A stretch of DNA of 64,000 nucleotides from Camelus dromedarius (Eukaryota): positions 58,342,001 to 58,406,000 of the forward strand of contig NC_087446.1 in assembly GCF_036321535.1 (NCBI RefSeq), in the 5' to 3' direction. Shown one piece after another: positions 14,601-27,808 of the stretch; position 1 is the first letter of the stretch; each line of letters starts with the position of its first letter. The notes under the pieces were generated by a model. That model was not told where the DNA came from. It did no database searches and worked only from the letters and a program-made list of their open reading frames with translations. Both the position numbers and the translations under genes were made by a program.

Positions 14601-17600
14601 TACCTGTGAGTGGCTTCTCACCTCTGGACTGGGAAAGAGGGTCCCTCATAGAGTGGGAAGGCTAAACGACTGGAAACTTGTGAGACTCTGGCCCGTCAGC
14701 TTTTCCTTTCCCACAGGCTGGATGAGAGTGAGGATATGCACAGTCTCCTGCTGACTGACAGCAGCACTCTGCTCGTTGGTGGGCTGCAGAACCACATACT
14801 GGAGATTGACCTTAACACTGTCCAGGAGACTCAGAAGGTACACGCAGGACCCAGGGCCTGAGGTTGTTAGTGGGGAGTATACCCGGGCTGGAATCGCCTG
14901 TGATGTGTGTGTGACCTTTCTGTTCCTTTGGTCTGTGGGAAGAATCATTCTCACTGGTTCCTTCCGCTTCCCTCCCCAGTATGCAGTTGAGACGCCTGGA
15001 GTCACTATCATGAGGCAGACAAATCGCTTCTTCTTCTGTGGCCATACATCTGGCAAGGTGGCGAAGTTCCATTTTCCCTCCCACCATAGGACCCTGTTTC
15101 ACAGATATGTGATTGGGCTCTGTCTTTCCCTCAATTCTGGGGCTTTAGTTGGTGGGGTGGGAGGAATGAATTGAGTTCCTGCTCAGTCATGTTACACTAT
15201 AAGATTATCTTCCAACCTGATGTTTTCTGTTGTGAATGGGTACCTTGGAGGCAACAGGATAAACGAGAGTTCTCTTTAGGGTCCCTTCCAGCCCTTGGCT
15301 TCTCATTTTGCCTTTTCTGTGCTTTAATTGCCTGTATTCTAGAACCTTAGTTCTTTTAGTAGGAGCCTCACAGGGTTAGGTAGATGTCAGTTCCTCTTCC
15401 TGATAACAGCGTTGGCAGATAACCAAGTTCTCAACTCTTCAGGTTTCCCTTCGAGACCTCCGTACTTTTAAGGTGGAGCATGAATTTGATGCTTTCTCAG
15501 GGAGCCTGTCGGATTTTGATGTGCACGGCAACCTGCTGGCTGCCTGTGGCTTCTCCAGCCGCCTCACCGGCCTGGCCTGTGACCGTTTCCTCAAGGTGTA
15601 TGACCTGCGCATGATGCGTGCCATCACGCCACTTCAAGTACACGTGGATCCTGCCTTCTTGCGCTTCATCCCTACATATACCTCTCGTCTTGCTATTATC
15701 TCCCAGTCAGGTATGAAGGGGTTGAAGGAGCGGGTAGAAGGCGCCAGAGTATACTCCCTGGAATTTCTCTGTTGGAGAGAAAGTAACCTTTCTGAGAGGT
15801 CTCAGGGTCTCACTTAGATTTGCTCAGAGATTATAGCTTTTATTTTCTCCCTGGGTGTGAAGAACACAGGAAAAAAAAAAAAGGTGGAACAGGCAAAACA
15901 ACTTCAGAACTGCCCTTTGCTGGATAGAAAATCTCCCTGTGGTTTATGGGAAGGCATCAGATAATATGTTTTCCTATCTCTAAGCATGGATTGGGGGCCT
16001 GTCTTTCCTTGATACCAGGAGAAGAGGGTAGGAAGGGCATAAAAGGATGGCTCCTTTTCACTTTCCAGGGCTCAGTGGGCTTCCTCCTCCCTCCTAGGGC
16101 AGTGCCAGTTTTGTGAGCCCACAGGCCTGGCCAACCCAGCGGACATCTTTCATGTGAATCCTGTGGGGCCTCTGCTGATGACGTTTGATGTGTCAGCCAG
16201 CAAGCAGGCCCTGGCCTTTGGGGATTCTGAGGGCTGTGTGCACCTCTGGACTGATTCCCCTGAACCTTCCTTCAACCCCTACTCCCGTGAGACCGAGTTT
16301 GCTTTGCCCTGTCTCGTGGACTCACTGCCTCCTCTGGACTGGAGCCAGGACCTGCTGCCTCTTTCCCTCATCCCTGTCCCGCTCACCACTGACACGCTTC
16401 TCTCCGATTGGCCTGCTGCCAACTCTGCTCCGGCTCCCAGGTTGTACCTCATCTCTGGGCCCAAAGGAGGGGGGGTAGGGGAAGGGCTGAAACACCAGGA
16501 TTCTCTGTGAGCTCTGTTACTATCCTACTTCTTTCCTTATTTTTATCAGGCTTTAGTGTTTTCTTTTTTTCTGGCCCCTTGGGGATTGGGGATTGGATGG
16601 GCAGACACCACTACCTTCAAGCCCTAGAACTGTACTGCATTACAGGCGAGCACCCCCTGTGGATGCAGAGATTCTGCGCACCATGAAGAAGGTGGGCTTC
16701 ATTGGCTATGCGCCCAACCCCCGCACCAGGCTGCGCAATCAGGTATGTTCAGGGGGGAAGAGGGTCAGCCTCCACCTCAACTCACTGGCATTTCTGTCTT
16801 TTTCCTTTAGTAGTCCTCAGTAGTTTTTTTTAGTCAGTCAAAAAAGATTTTTTTGAAGCCTATTGAATTGAAGGTACTATATGAGGTGTTAGCAAGGATT
16901 CAGAGACTTAGATAGGGTCCTTGCTCTTAAGAAGTTCAGTATTTGGTTGGCGAAGATAAGGCCTATCCGTAACAGAAATTACTTACTCTTGTTAAATGCT
17001 AAAGGAATGTTAGAAGCATTCAGTGCCAGAGCTATTTAGAGGGAAGATGCTACTCTGGGCTAGAGTGGTCAGGGAAAGCATACTGAAAGAGGTGGATGTT
17101 GAGCTGGCAAGGTGAGAGATGGGTAGGTAGACAGTAACAGGGGAGCCTTTCAAGATGAGAGAATGGTGTTAGTAAAGGTCTCAGGAGGCTTAACGTCAGG
17201 TGCATCTGACGGGGACTATGCTGGAGCAGCTGTTAGTACTGGGAAACAGCAAGAGATGAAGTTTGGGAAGGGCCTGATTGTGAAGCCTTGAATATGGAAA
17301 AAGTGATGCAGCAGAAGGGCCATTCTGGGAGGGTGAGTTTGGTGGTGGTATGCTGGACAGAGTGAATGTGGAGGCCCAGTGTGGAAGCCATCGCCGTGGT
17401 CCAGCTGTGATGAGATAGGGCAATGGCAGCGGGAATGAAAAGGAAGCAGTGGATGCTGAAAACCCGTGAAGTTAGAAGGTTTAGGACTCAGTGACTCTTT
17501 CAATGTTGAGATAAAGGTGGGGGGAAACCAAAGATGATTATACAGCCAATGAGGATACCTCTTTTTAAAAACCCTAGATTCCTTACCGACTCAAGGAGTC

Positions 17601-20600
17601 CGACAGTGAATTTGACAGCTTCAGCCAGGTCACTGAGTCACCCATAGGGCGGGAAGAGGAGCCACATCTCCACATGGTCTCTAAGAAATACCGCAAGGTG
17701 CTGGGGGATACCAAGGAAGGAGCCCTGGGATGTGGGGAAAGTTTCCCAGGGAAGGAGAGTCATATGGGGAAGGATTCAAGGCCTCATTCAAGAAGCCTTC
17801 ACCTATCACTCAACTCAGGAAGGAGGTTTTGGGGAAGGTTATGGCTACTGCAAAGATTTAAGGGATTCAGAGGGTATCTTCATCTTGCTCAGACTGTTTC
17901 TGCTTCAGGTGACCATCAAATACTCCAAGCTAGGGCTGGAGGACTTTGACTTCAAACACTACAATAAGACACTATTTGCTGGGTTAGAGCCCCACATCCC
18001 CAATGCCTACTGTAACTGCATGATCCAGGTAAGCCTGGGTCTTCCTGCGGCTTGAACATGCCTACTGCTTTTCTTCTTCCCTGTGGCCCACAACCCTTAC
18101 TCTTTTTTCAAAACCCCCAACAAGCCCACTTTAGCTTCCTTTACCATTCTTTCTTGCCCCATGGTCTTCAGGTCTCCTGTAAACTTTCCTTCTTCAGTGG
18201 ACTTCTGCTTTGTGTTCTCCATCGGCTTTTCTTTTTAAAATTTTTTTTTGAGGGAAGTAATGAAGTTTATTTATTTATTTACTTGATGGAGGTATGGGGA
18301 TTGAACCCAGGACCTCAGGCATGCTAAGCATGCCTCTACCAGTTGAGCTATACCCTGCCCCCCCCCCCACCGGCTTTCTTAACCTTCCCATCCCTCTTCC
18401 TCTCTGCACAGTTGCCTGCATCATTTCTCCTGCTCTTACCTCCAGGTGCTCTATTTCCTGGAACCTGTTCGCTGTCTAATCCAGAACCACCTTTGCCAAA
18501 AGGAATTCTGCCTGGCATGCGAACTGGGCTTCCTCTTCCACATGTTGGACCTCTCCCGAGGTGACCCTTGTCAGGTCAGTGCCTGGAGACCTGGGACAAT
18601 AAAGCAGAAGGGAGGTGGACAGTAGGCAGGGCAGCGCTCTATAAATGGTCACAAAAGAGAAAATAACCCTTTTCCACCAACACACTTCCTGGATTCCAGG
18701 GCAGTAACTTTCTTCGGGCGTTCCGCACCATTCCTGAGGCCTCAGCCCTTGGTCTGATTCTGGCTGACNNNNNNNNNNNNNNNNNNNNNNNNNNNNNNNN
18801 NNNNNNNNNNNNNNNNNNNNNNNNNNNNNNNNNNNNNNNNNNNNNNNNNNNNNNNNNNNNNNNNNNNNNNNNNNNNNNNNNNNNNNNNNNNNNNNNNNNN
18901 NNNNNNNNNNNNNNNNGAATAGTTAAAGCCATTGTGACAGGCCCCTCGGTGACTTTTGGGTCTCCTAACTCCCTCAGTGTGAATATACTGCCCTCCTCAC
19001 TCTTAGCAGCTTTTGCTCATCGGGGGACTCTGTCATCGGGCAGCTGTTCAGCTGTGAGATGGAAAACTGCAGCCTCTGCCGCTGTGGCAGTGAGACCGTG
19101 CGAGCCTCATCCACCCTCCTCTTCACACTCTCCTACCCTGAGGGTAGCAACAGTGGTATACCCCGCAGCTGGGTTGGGGAGGCTCCCCCGAATGTCCTGT
19201 AACATCAGGGAAAGGGTGTTGGGGGCCTAATGGTGGGTACAGGGAGGACCTGGAGTGAAGCATTCAGTTTCCCCTCAGATAAAACCGGGAAGAACTGTGA
19301 CTTTGCTCAGGTGCTGAAGCGAAGTATCTGCCTGGAGCAGAATACACAGGCCTGGTGTGACAACTGTGAGAAGTACCAGCCCACGGTGAGTGGGCTGTTG
19401 CACTGGACTAGAGTCCTGCCATGTTGGGGACTTGGCCATGGTCTCATCTGGGACTGGCTGGGTCAGCACTGCCATCCAGAGATCTGTGGGGAGTGGGAAG
19501 AACCCTAGTTTGAGGATACAGATTCAGGCTTACCTGTTTCTGTTGGGGTTTCTTTTCCTATAGGCTCCCTGCCATTCCTCGTTTGTTTTATTTTCTCAGA
19601 TTCAGACCCGCAACATCCGCCATCTGCCAGATATTCTTGTCATCAATTGTGAGGTGAATAGCCTGAAAGAAGCTGATTTCTGGAGAATGCAGGCTGAGGT
19701 AAGGACTGGGGCTGGAAACAGACCTTTAGGAGTACTTTGTAGTTTTCTCCCTCTTCTGACCTCCATGTATGATTGATGCTCCTGAGGAATTGGATATTTT
19801 CTCCTTTGTGTTCAGGTTGCCTTCAAGATGGCAATAAAAAAGCATGGTGGGGAGATCTCCAAGAGCAAGGAGTTTGCTTTGGCTGACTGGTAGGTTACTG
19901 TCTGTGGAGCACTCACAGGATTGAGCTACCCAGTGGCTCCTCTTGTCACTGGCTAGATCTCCTCAGGACAAATTTCTAATTCTTTTATCCTGATAGGAAG
20001 GAACTAGGGAGTCCAGAGGGCATGCTGATGTGTCCCTCCATTGAGGAGCTGAAGAATGTCTGGCTTCCTTTCTCCCTTCGAATGAAGATGACTAAGAACA
20101 AAGGGCTGGATGTTTGCAATTGGACTGATGGGGATGAGATGCAGGTTGTTGAAAAACTGGGAAGAGGAGGGGGAATGAGGGAGAAAAGTTCGGGGCAGAA
20201 GCAGGGCAAGGGGAAGGTGGAACTTAGTATAGGAAAAAAGAGGAATAAGGCCTAGTAATTCACCAGTTGTGGGCTTCTCCAGAGTGATTCAGTTCAGGGT
20301 TGGGAGTCACAGATGGGCTAGGATGGAGAGGCCCTACCCTGGTCCCCTGTCCCCATACCCCAAACTCCCTGTCCTCTATCCCCCTTCCCCTTNNNNNNNN
20401 NNNNNNNNNNNNNNNNNNNNNNNNNNNNNNNNNNNNNNNNNNNNNNNNNNNNNNNNNNNNNNNNNNNNNNNNNNNNNNNNNNNNNNNNNNNNNNNNNNNN
20501 NNNNNNNNNNNNNNNNNNNNNNNNNNNNNNNNNNNNNNNNNNNNNNNNNNNNNNNNNNNNNNNNNNNNNNNNNNNNNNNNNNNNNNNNNNNNNNNNTAAT

Positions 20601-23518
20601 ACAGGGCAGGGACACTCCTGGTGATGGCCACAAAGGAGTCCCAGGTCTGTCCTTATCTCGAGTCTGAGCCAGAGTGGTTCAGCCATCACTTTGGTATCAG
20701 TCTTTCTCTGTATCTCCACAGGGCGTTACCCACCAGCAGTGGTATCTCTTCAATGACTTTCTCATTGAACCTATTGATAAGGTTAGTTGTAACACATTCC
20801 ATTCCCCCTTTCATCTCCCCCTTTCCTAGCATCCTCATCCTCAGTGCCCGAGAATGCCAGGCAGATTCAGGAGGGAGGGATGGGTCCTCAGTAATAAAAA
20901 GCATTAGCAGAGCTAAAAATAGTACCTGAGTCCTGTCTTCTCTCTGACTTGGGAAAGAAGGGAAAGGGGGCATATATGTAGGCTACTGAGTGCTTTTTCT
21001 CTTTTAGCATGAAGCTGTGCAGTTTGACATGAACTGGAAAGTGCCTGCTATCCTTTATTACATCAAAAGGAATCTTAATTCCAAATACAACCTGAATAGT
21101 AAGTGGTACAAAGTAGACCCAAGGGTGTGGGCAGTTTAGATTTGTCTTCAGGAAGAGCTCTGAGAAATAGCTTGTTAAGATTAGGATTGGTAATCAGTGT
21201 TACCAGTAATCAGTTTCCAGGTAAAGAGATTCCTGCTCCTCAGGGCTTAAATTTAGAAGCTGGAGATCCTGAGGGTGTATGGGAAGAGGTGATGGAGAAG
21301 AAGTCTGATCAGAATGGCTAAGATTATGATTTTGAGCCTAGCCATTCCTATCCCCAAGTGTAGGTCTCTTCTTTTTTTGGCAATAAACTCATTATTAAGT
21401 CCCTTTTTAGTATCTTTAAACCATAATTTCTCTGTAACTTTATTTTTCTGAATTTTCTAAGCTAAAGTTCAAAGTGAAAATCTTATTGTCTCCTCTCTGT
21501 TGACTTTTGTTTTCTCTTAGCATATTTCCTGATCAGTTTCTGATTTGACCTGTTCCATCTATCTCCTCTGTTTGTCAGACATGATCTTTTTACTCACGTG
21601 CTTGGATTATTGAGGGAACACAGTGTAGACCTGGTCTCTAGTCAGACGCTCTGGCTTCCCTCCCCTGGTCCCTTCCCTTTCCCCAGCTGTCTGTCTTCTG
21701 GATTCTCCCTTCCAGTCAAGAACCCTATTGAGGCAAGTGTTCTACTGGCTGAAGCCTCACTAGCACGGAAGCAGCGGAAAACACATACTACCTTTATTCC
21801 ACTGATGCCAAATGAGATGCCACAGGTTGGGGACCTGGTGGGCTTAGACGCTGAGTTTGTCACCCTTAATGAGGTAACCAAGACCAAAAGGGTGGGGTGT
21901 TGGAACAGAACTCTGAAGATATTAGGAGTCATAAGCATTTCTCTGATTTTCTTACTAAGTCTTTCCACGTAGGAGGAAGCAGAGCTGCGCAGTGATGGCA
22001 CCAAGTCTACAATCAAGCCTAGCCAGATGTCAGTAGCGAGGATTACCTGCGTTAGGGGCCAGGGACCCAATGAAGGCATCCCCTTCATTGATGACTACAT
22101 CTCTACCCAGGAGCAGGTATTAGGATGTTGGAGGTGCAAATGAAACAAGCCCTGTGCTTATACAGGGTGCCCTAAACCCAGGGAAGAGTGGCAGGGGGAA
22201 CTGTGCGCCTCGCCTCCTGGACGACTTGCCCTTTTCTCTATCCCTAGGTGGTGGATTACTTGACTCAGTACTCGGGGATAAAGCCAGGAGACCTTGATGC
22301 CAAGATTTCCTCTAAGCACCTCACAACTCTGAAGTCTACCTATTTAAAGCTTCGTTTTCTCATAGACATTGGAGTCAAGTTTGTGGGTCATGGTCTGCAG
22401 AAGGACTTCCGGGTTATCAACCTCATGGTTCGGGCAGGGCTTTTTTAAGAGTCTTCTTTGCATGTGGTCCCTCCAGGGTATACATCGTGCATTTGGGGAA
22501 ATGGGAAATTATAGATCCCCTGCCTTCAGCCTCTTACTCTTTTATCCCTGGCAGGTGCCCAAGGACCAAGTCCTTGACACTGTTTATCTATTTCACATGC
22601 CCCGAAAGCGAATGATTTCCCTGCGATTCCTTGCTTGGTACTTTCTAGGTGAGTTGCTCTGCCCTGGAGGCCCTTGTGGTGCTCAGGAAGAACATAAAAA
22701 AGTATAACAGACCAAGGGGAGCAGGGAGGACCCTGAGTTAGTGGTGAGAGTTATTAACGGATTTAATTAGTTTCACGATCCCTTCTCTGCACTAGGGTTG
22801 ATGTGTGGCTCTTCCTCGTAAGGGCAGTCGGGTTTTTTATTACAGTTTATTGAGAGTTGGGGATGTGAGTAGAGGACATGTTCTTACCTCCCTTTGCTAG
22901 GTTCCAAACTATTCCGCCTCTACTTCCCCCAGACCTGAAGATTCAAGGGGAGACCCATGACAGTATTGAGGATGCCCGCACAGCTCTTCAGCTTTACCGA
23001 AAGTATCTGGAACTAAGCAAAAATGGCACTGAGCCTGAGTCCTTCCACAAAGTGCTCAAGGGCCTTTATGAGAAAGGCCGAAAGATGGACTGGAAGGTGC
23101 CTGAGCCTGAGGGCCAGACAAGTCCCAAGAGTAAGGCCTGGGATGGGACAGGGGAAACTAGACTAGGGGGTTTTGATTGCATATGTGAAAATTATACCCA
23201 CCATAGTAAGAATGACATGATGTTAACAACTGTACTACCCCAGCCTTAATATTTGTAAAGCACTTAACACTTTACAAATCACTTAATCCTCTCAAAATTC
23301 AGTGAAACAGATTTTATTATTGAAATTCTCTATTGGTCCTAACCTCCTCTTGCCCAATTCTGAAGTGTTTGGAGCAGATCCATGCCCTTTTTTCTCTTGC
23401 TTTTTTCCTTCATAAGAAGTATCCTAGGTGCTTTTTCTCTGCTCACCTTAAGAGTCAATGCTTTTGGTTTTGCCTCTTGACAGATGCAGCTGTCTTCTCC
23501 TCAGTGCTGCCGCTCTGA
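11680..23518 (+). CDS. PAN2: PAN2 poly(A) ribonuclease catalytic subunit (WD40, pseudo-UCH, DEDD nuclease)
   Basis: Coding exons 11680-11961, 14436-14605, 14717-14837, 14980-15057, 15443-15710, 16098-16440, 16646-16742, 17578-17697, 17909-18028, 18446-18574, 18700-(gap), 19007-19155, 19279-19385, 19600-19698, 19816-19889, 19997-20144, one exon inferred in gap 20393-20596, 20722-20781, 21008-21098, 21716-21873, 21973-22116, 22248-22427, 22555-22648, 22933-23130, 23484-23518 (TGA). Motifs [22 protein letters not shown]. Non-coding exon 1 ends at 10899; exon 2 starts at 11542. Confidence 0.98.
12540..13960. mobile_element. L2 fragments in PAN2 intron 2
   Basis: Purine-rich L2-type text (GGAAGTGACACCTGAGCTGAGTCTTGA; TTAGGATGTGGGGAGTTG...GGATATCCAAG...ATTTGGATGTG); boundaries approximate. 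Confidence 0.6.
18231..18370 (-). mobile_element. tRNA-derived SINE in PAN2 intron
   Basis: Reverse-complement head (TTGAGCTATACCC, GGGGATTGAACCCAGG), T/TTTA tail, flanking CGGCTTT repeats at 18223 and 18371. Confidence 0.88.
18769..18916. other. N gap (148 nt) hiding most of a PAN2 exon
   Basis: Run of N after GLILAD. Confidence 0.99.
20393..20596. other. N gap (204 nt) inferred to contain one whole PAN2 exon
   Basis: A polypyrimidine tract runs into the gap; exon-length sums against a 1202-aa protein leave 144 nt unaccounted for. Confidence 0.9.
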
Positions 23519-24147
23519 CCTCATCGTCTCCCAATGAACAACTCCCTCTCCCTTCAATGTTCTGTGGCCCAAGAACTGGGAGATGGCTTCCCAAGTTGGC
23601 TATACCCTGTCTACTTCCAGAATTGGACCTGCTCAGGGTCTACAGATGGTGCTATTAATAGAACTGGAATGCAGCAGAATTGTTGCAAAGGGTCTAGGAG
23701 CCAGATTCCTTTTTCATCCTTTGCAGAATAGTGGGCGAGAAACAGTCTAGAATTGACCCAGATGGAAAATAATTAGCATTCTTAATAAATATCCTGGGTA
23801 ATTAATACTCAGGCAAAGAAGCTCCTGGAACCAAAACTTTTCAGTTCCTACTTAGTAAGTACTGAAGTCCGAGACAATGACATGATACAATAGTTCAAGA
23901 CCTAGCTCAAGTCTCTGCCTGAGGGATGCCTGGAGGGGCCAACATTTAGGGTCTTGGTGGCCCCAGCAAACCAGTGTTGCCAACATCATCATTGCCAAAA
24001 GGGCCTTTGGGTCCTAGACTAAGCTTGGCTGTTGGCTTCACTCCTGCTGACAGCTGAGAAGCATCTGTCTTCCATCCACTCTCCTGTCCTAAGTCTTGTT
24101 TTCTTGTTATTTTTTTAAAATTTTGTTTTAAACTGCATGTTTTATAA

Positions 24148-24153
24148 AATAAA
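24148..24153 (+). terminator. PAN2 polyadenylation signal
   Basis: AATAAA about 630 nt after the stop codon, preceded by U-rich sequence. Confidence 0.8.
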
Positions 24154-24472
24154 ACCAAAAATATTATTACGTGTCATCTATCTCACTAGAAACGTGCCAC
24201 TGTGTGGTTCTCTGACTTCAGCCCTCATCTCCTTTGTGTTGGCGTTACTACTGGTAAAAAACACTAAGGCTTTCTTTCAAATTTACACCTAGAAATCAAA
24301 GTAAAGCTCTGGAGTCCAAAGTTAAGGATTTTGAAGGAGTAGAATTATGTCTCTCCTGGGCAGTGTTATGTCTTTGCTGTGGCAGCGTAGAAGCCTAAGG
24401 TCGGATTCTTTTAAGACGTACAGTATGGTTTCCCTGTTAAATGTGTAAAAGGGGAGTTGGAGAAGCTGACAA

Positions 24473-25086
24473 ACTACAGGTCCCAGGACATCTTAAAACC
24501 TGTAGTTACTACCAAAGAATTGTGTGGTGCTGCGGTGCTTCCTGGGAGATGTAGTTTTCTCGGTACTGAAACCAGGGCTTCTCAGTGGCTAGCAGCGCAC
24601 CTTTCTTTTTGAAGGTCCCAGCCCACCTAGACTGGCAAGCGCGAGCTTGACAGCCTCCATGCACCACGTCGGGCTCTGTCCCTGCTTCAAGCCACTCCTA
24701 TTCTTCAGCTGGCCCCTGGTGGTCACGTGGAGCTGCTCGCCACGCAAGTCTGGGTCCTGAGAGCCACCGGGGTCCTCGCTGCCTGGGAGCCGCTCCTAGG
24801 CTGCCTGTTCGCGCGAGAGTTTGGAGGGGCGGGCTTGGGGTCGGTCTTCGGTGTGGGGCTCATACTACAGCGCATCCAAGCCCTGCTTAGCGGTCCGCTT
24901 AGGGTGCGAGGAGCTGAGCTGGCTCAGGCGGTCTCCGGGGCACCCCGCGTCTGGAAAGCGCAGGAGCGCTCTGGAGAAGCCTGGACAGCCCCGCTTCCCC
25001 GCAGCCAGGTGGTAGGGTCGGAAGCTAAAGTGAGAATCCGGCTGTCTTCCAGCGCCTGGGCCACAGCGGCGGCCCTGGGAGCAGAG
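24473..25086 (+). promoter_or_regulatory. CNPY2 promoter/CpG island and 5' UTR exon 1, with two opposed ZNF143-type motifs
   Basis: ACTACAGGTCCCAG 24473-24486 and TGGGAGATGTAGT 24543-24555 match ACTACAnnTCCCA; CpG-rich to 25140; donor GAG|GTGGGA at 25087. Confidence 0.7.
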
Positions 25087-25696
25087 GTGGGACGGATGCG
25101 AGTGGCACTGAGGGTCGGGGATGGACTGAAGCGAAGGCAATGGCGGGGTCTTTAGAAAGGGGGCTGGTCCGCATGGGGGATAACTTATAGGTTGGTGTTA
25201 GGGATGCAGTAATCTTCGGTGCTGGGTCCAAATAGGCCTCAGTTTTTGAGTGCTCTTCGCCAGTCAGCTACCTCGCTACCTCCTGGCCAGAATCATCTAC
25301 TCTCCTTGCCAGCAGCTCCTCTGTGCTTGTCGTCCTTGTTAAATCGCCAACCACCGATCCGTAGCTGCCACATAGGACTGTGAGTCCTAGGCAGCCGACA
25401 CCTAAGTACTGACATCTAGGGCCTCACCTGTCGACGTAGTGTCTGGGGCTGAGCCCCAATTCCGGGCTTGAGCTCTCACCCACCGCCCCTGGGAATCCGG
25501 GTCCTTGAGCGCCAGAACAGAGGAACCCCTTTGTGTCCCGGCTATTTCCTGGAAAGTAGAGCCAGATCACACTGAGGCCTTTGTAGGCCTGGGGGGGAGG
25601 GGGGGCGGTAGGCAGCAGGGGAGAGTGGAGCCGGCTCCTCACACCTATGCTTTATTTCAATCCAAACCCAGGTGGAGCAACCCCATTACGCTAAAG

Positions 25697-27808
25697 ATGA
25701 AAGGCTGGGGTTGGCTGGCCCTGCTTCTAGGGGCCCTGCTGGGAACTGCCTGGGCTCGGAGGAGCCAGGATCTACACTGTGGAGGTAAAGGCACGAAAGA
25801 AGAAATGGGAGGAAAGGAGGTGGGGGAGAAAGAGCCTTGAGAGGGCATGGGATCCAAGACCTGAGAAAAGGATGAATGGAAATCCCTGGGTTGATTCTTT
25901 TCTCCGCTCCCTCCCCCCCTCCCCTTGCACCAGCTTGCAGGGCTCTGGTGGATGAACTAGAGTGGGAAATTGCCCGGGTGGATCCCAAGAAGACCATTCA
26001 GATGGGCTCTTTCCGAATCAATCCAGATGGCAGCCAGTCAGTGGTGGAGGTAACTGTGACTGTTCCCCCCCCAAAACAACTCAATCTTTGAATGAGAACT
26101 TAACTGATTAAAGAGGGACCTTAGTTTAATAGAAATGAAGAAAACATTGACCCACAGAAGTGTCTAAAAGATTAGGCTGTCTCATTTGGAAAAGGCTGGA
26201 GGCTTATAACCTATGCACTTGCTTCCTGGCTCCAAACCTTAATACTCTGTTTCTGCTGTAGAAGTTGTTAGCAGACAGGGAACCTTGATTAGCCCCCTTA
26301 TTCATATCCTTAATCCACATGACTTGTGTTTTCACTACGGCAGTATGGTATACATACAAACATTCGTTCGAAAAAGAGGTAGGTCTTATCCTTATATTTA
26401 GGAAATTTATTTTAGTTGAAAACATAACACACATGACATAAACCTGTACCTAGTGAGCATCTGAGAAACGTTATGGTTATGATACTTGTGAAATGCTTTA
26501 ATAGTTATCCTCAAAGCCTGCACTACCTCTCTAATGCTTTCCCACTGAGGGCAGGTATTAGTCGCATTTCAATACAAAAAGAAAATCATTACCTTACATC
26601 CCAAAAAATGAAAGGAATTCAAAAATTTTTTTAAATGAAGGGAATTCAAATGGAGAGAACACATAATTGACTAGGGTTAATCAAAGAGGCCGTTTATCTA
26701 TAATTTGGAGCTAATGACACCTATTTTATTTTTGAGGCTCGTGTAACGAAGTAAAATAAGATCATATATCAGAACTACACAAATCATACTGTTTTTAAAT
26801 TAGGGAAGGCTTTTTAGAATAGGTTGGTTGAGCTAGATTTGGAAGGAAAAGTAAGGAAATAAATTACTAATGTACAGAGGTAGAAGAATGTGACCCAAGG
26901 CTGAGGACATTTCTAGGTGCCTTATGCTCGCTCAGAGGCCCACCTCACAGAGCTGCTCGAGGAGGTGTGTGACCGGATGAAGGAGTATGGGGAACAGATA
27001 GACCCTTCCACCCACCGCAAGAACTACGTGCGTGTAGTGGGCCGGAATGGAGAATCCAGTGAACTGGATCTACAGGGCATCCGAATTGATTCAGACATCA
27101 GCGGCACCCTCAAGTTTGCGGTAAGCTATGGGAGTGGGCAGCTGGTTCTTGGAAATTAGGGGAGTTATTGGAGAGCCCAAGTGGAAAGTTGGGTTAATGT
27201 CTTTGTCCTCCTCTCTGGAGGTGGAGACCAGAGGCTTCCTCTTGTCCTCTCTTACTCGTTTCTCCCTTGGGTTGACAGTGTGAGAGCATTGTGGAGGAAT
27301 ATGAAGATGAACTCATTGAATTCTTTTCCCGAGAGGCTGACAATGTTAAAGACAAACTTTGTAGTAAGCGAACAGGTAAGCTACTGCCACTTTACCTCCC
27401 GTCCTCACAGCCCTGTGGAACCTGGCACATTCTCTAGCGTGTGTCCCACCCCCACTCCTCCAGTACCCTCCTAACAACACCCCCCAAACTAATCCTCTGA
27501 AACTAGCTCAAGCTTCGACTTCCATTACATACGGCGTAGAAGCCTGGGTTGTTTCTCTCCCTTCTCTGTCACCTTTCAGAATTTGAGGCTCCCTCACCTG
27601 AGATACAAGTGAGAGGACATAAGAATGTTTTCTCGTTTAAAAGCACATGCTCTGAAAAATGGTGGGGGGGTGGTGTCCATTTGCTTTGAAGTATTTTTCT
27701 TGATAATGGCATATATCAGTATGAGAGTGGCATTTTCTTTCAAACTGTTATGTGCTATTTGCAGATCTCTGTGACCATGCCCTGCACATATCGCATGATG
27801 AGCTATGA
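25697..27808 (+). CDS. CNPY2: Canopy homolog 2, ER saposin-like protein, 182 aa with C-terminal HDEL
   Basis: Exons 25697-25784, 25934-26049, 26917-27120, 27279-27375, 27765-27808 total 549 nt: MKGWGWLALLLGALLGTAWA...DLCDHALHISHDEL*. The 5' UTR exon 1 most likely ends at 25086 and exon 2 starts at 25672. Confidence 0.98.
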
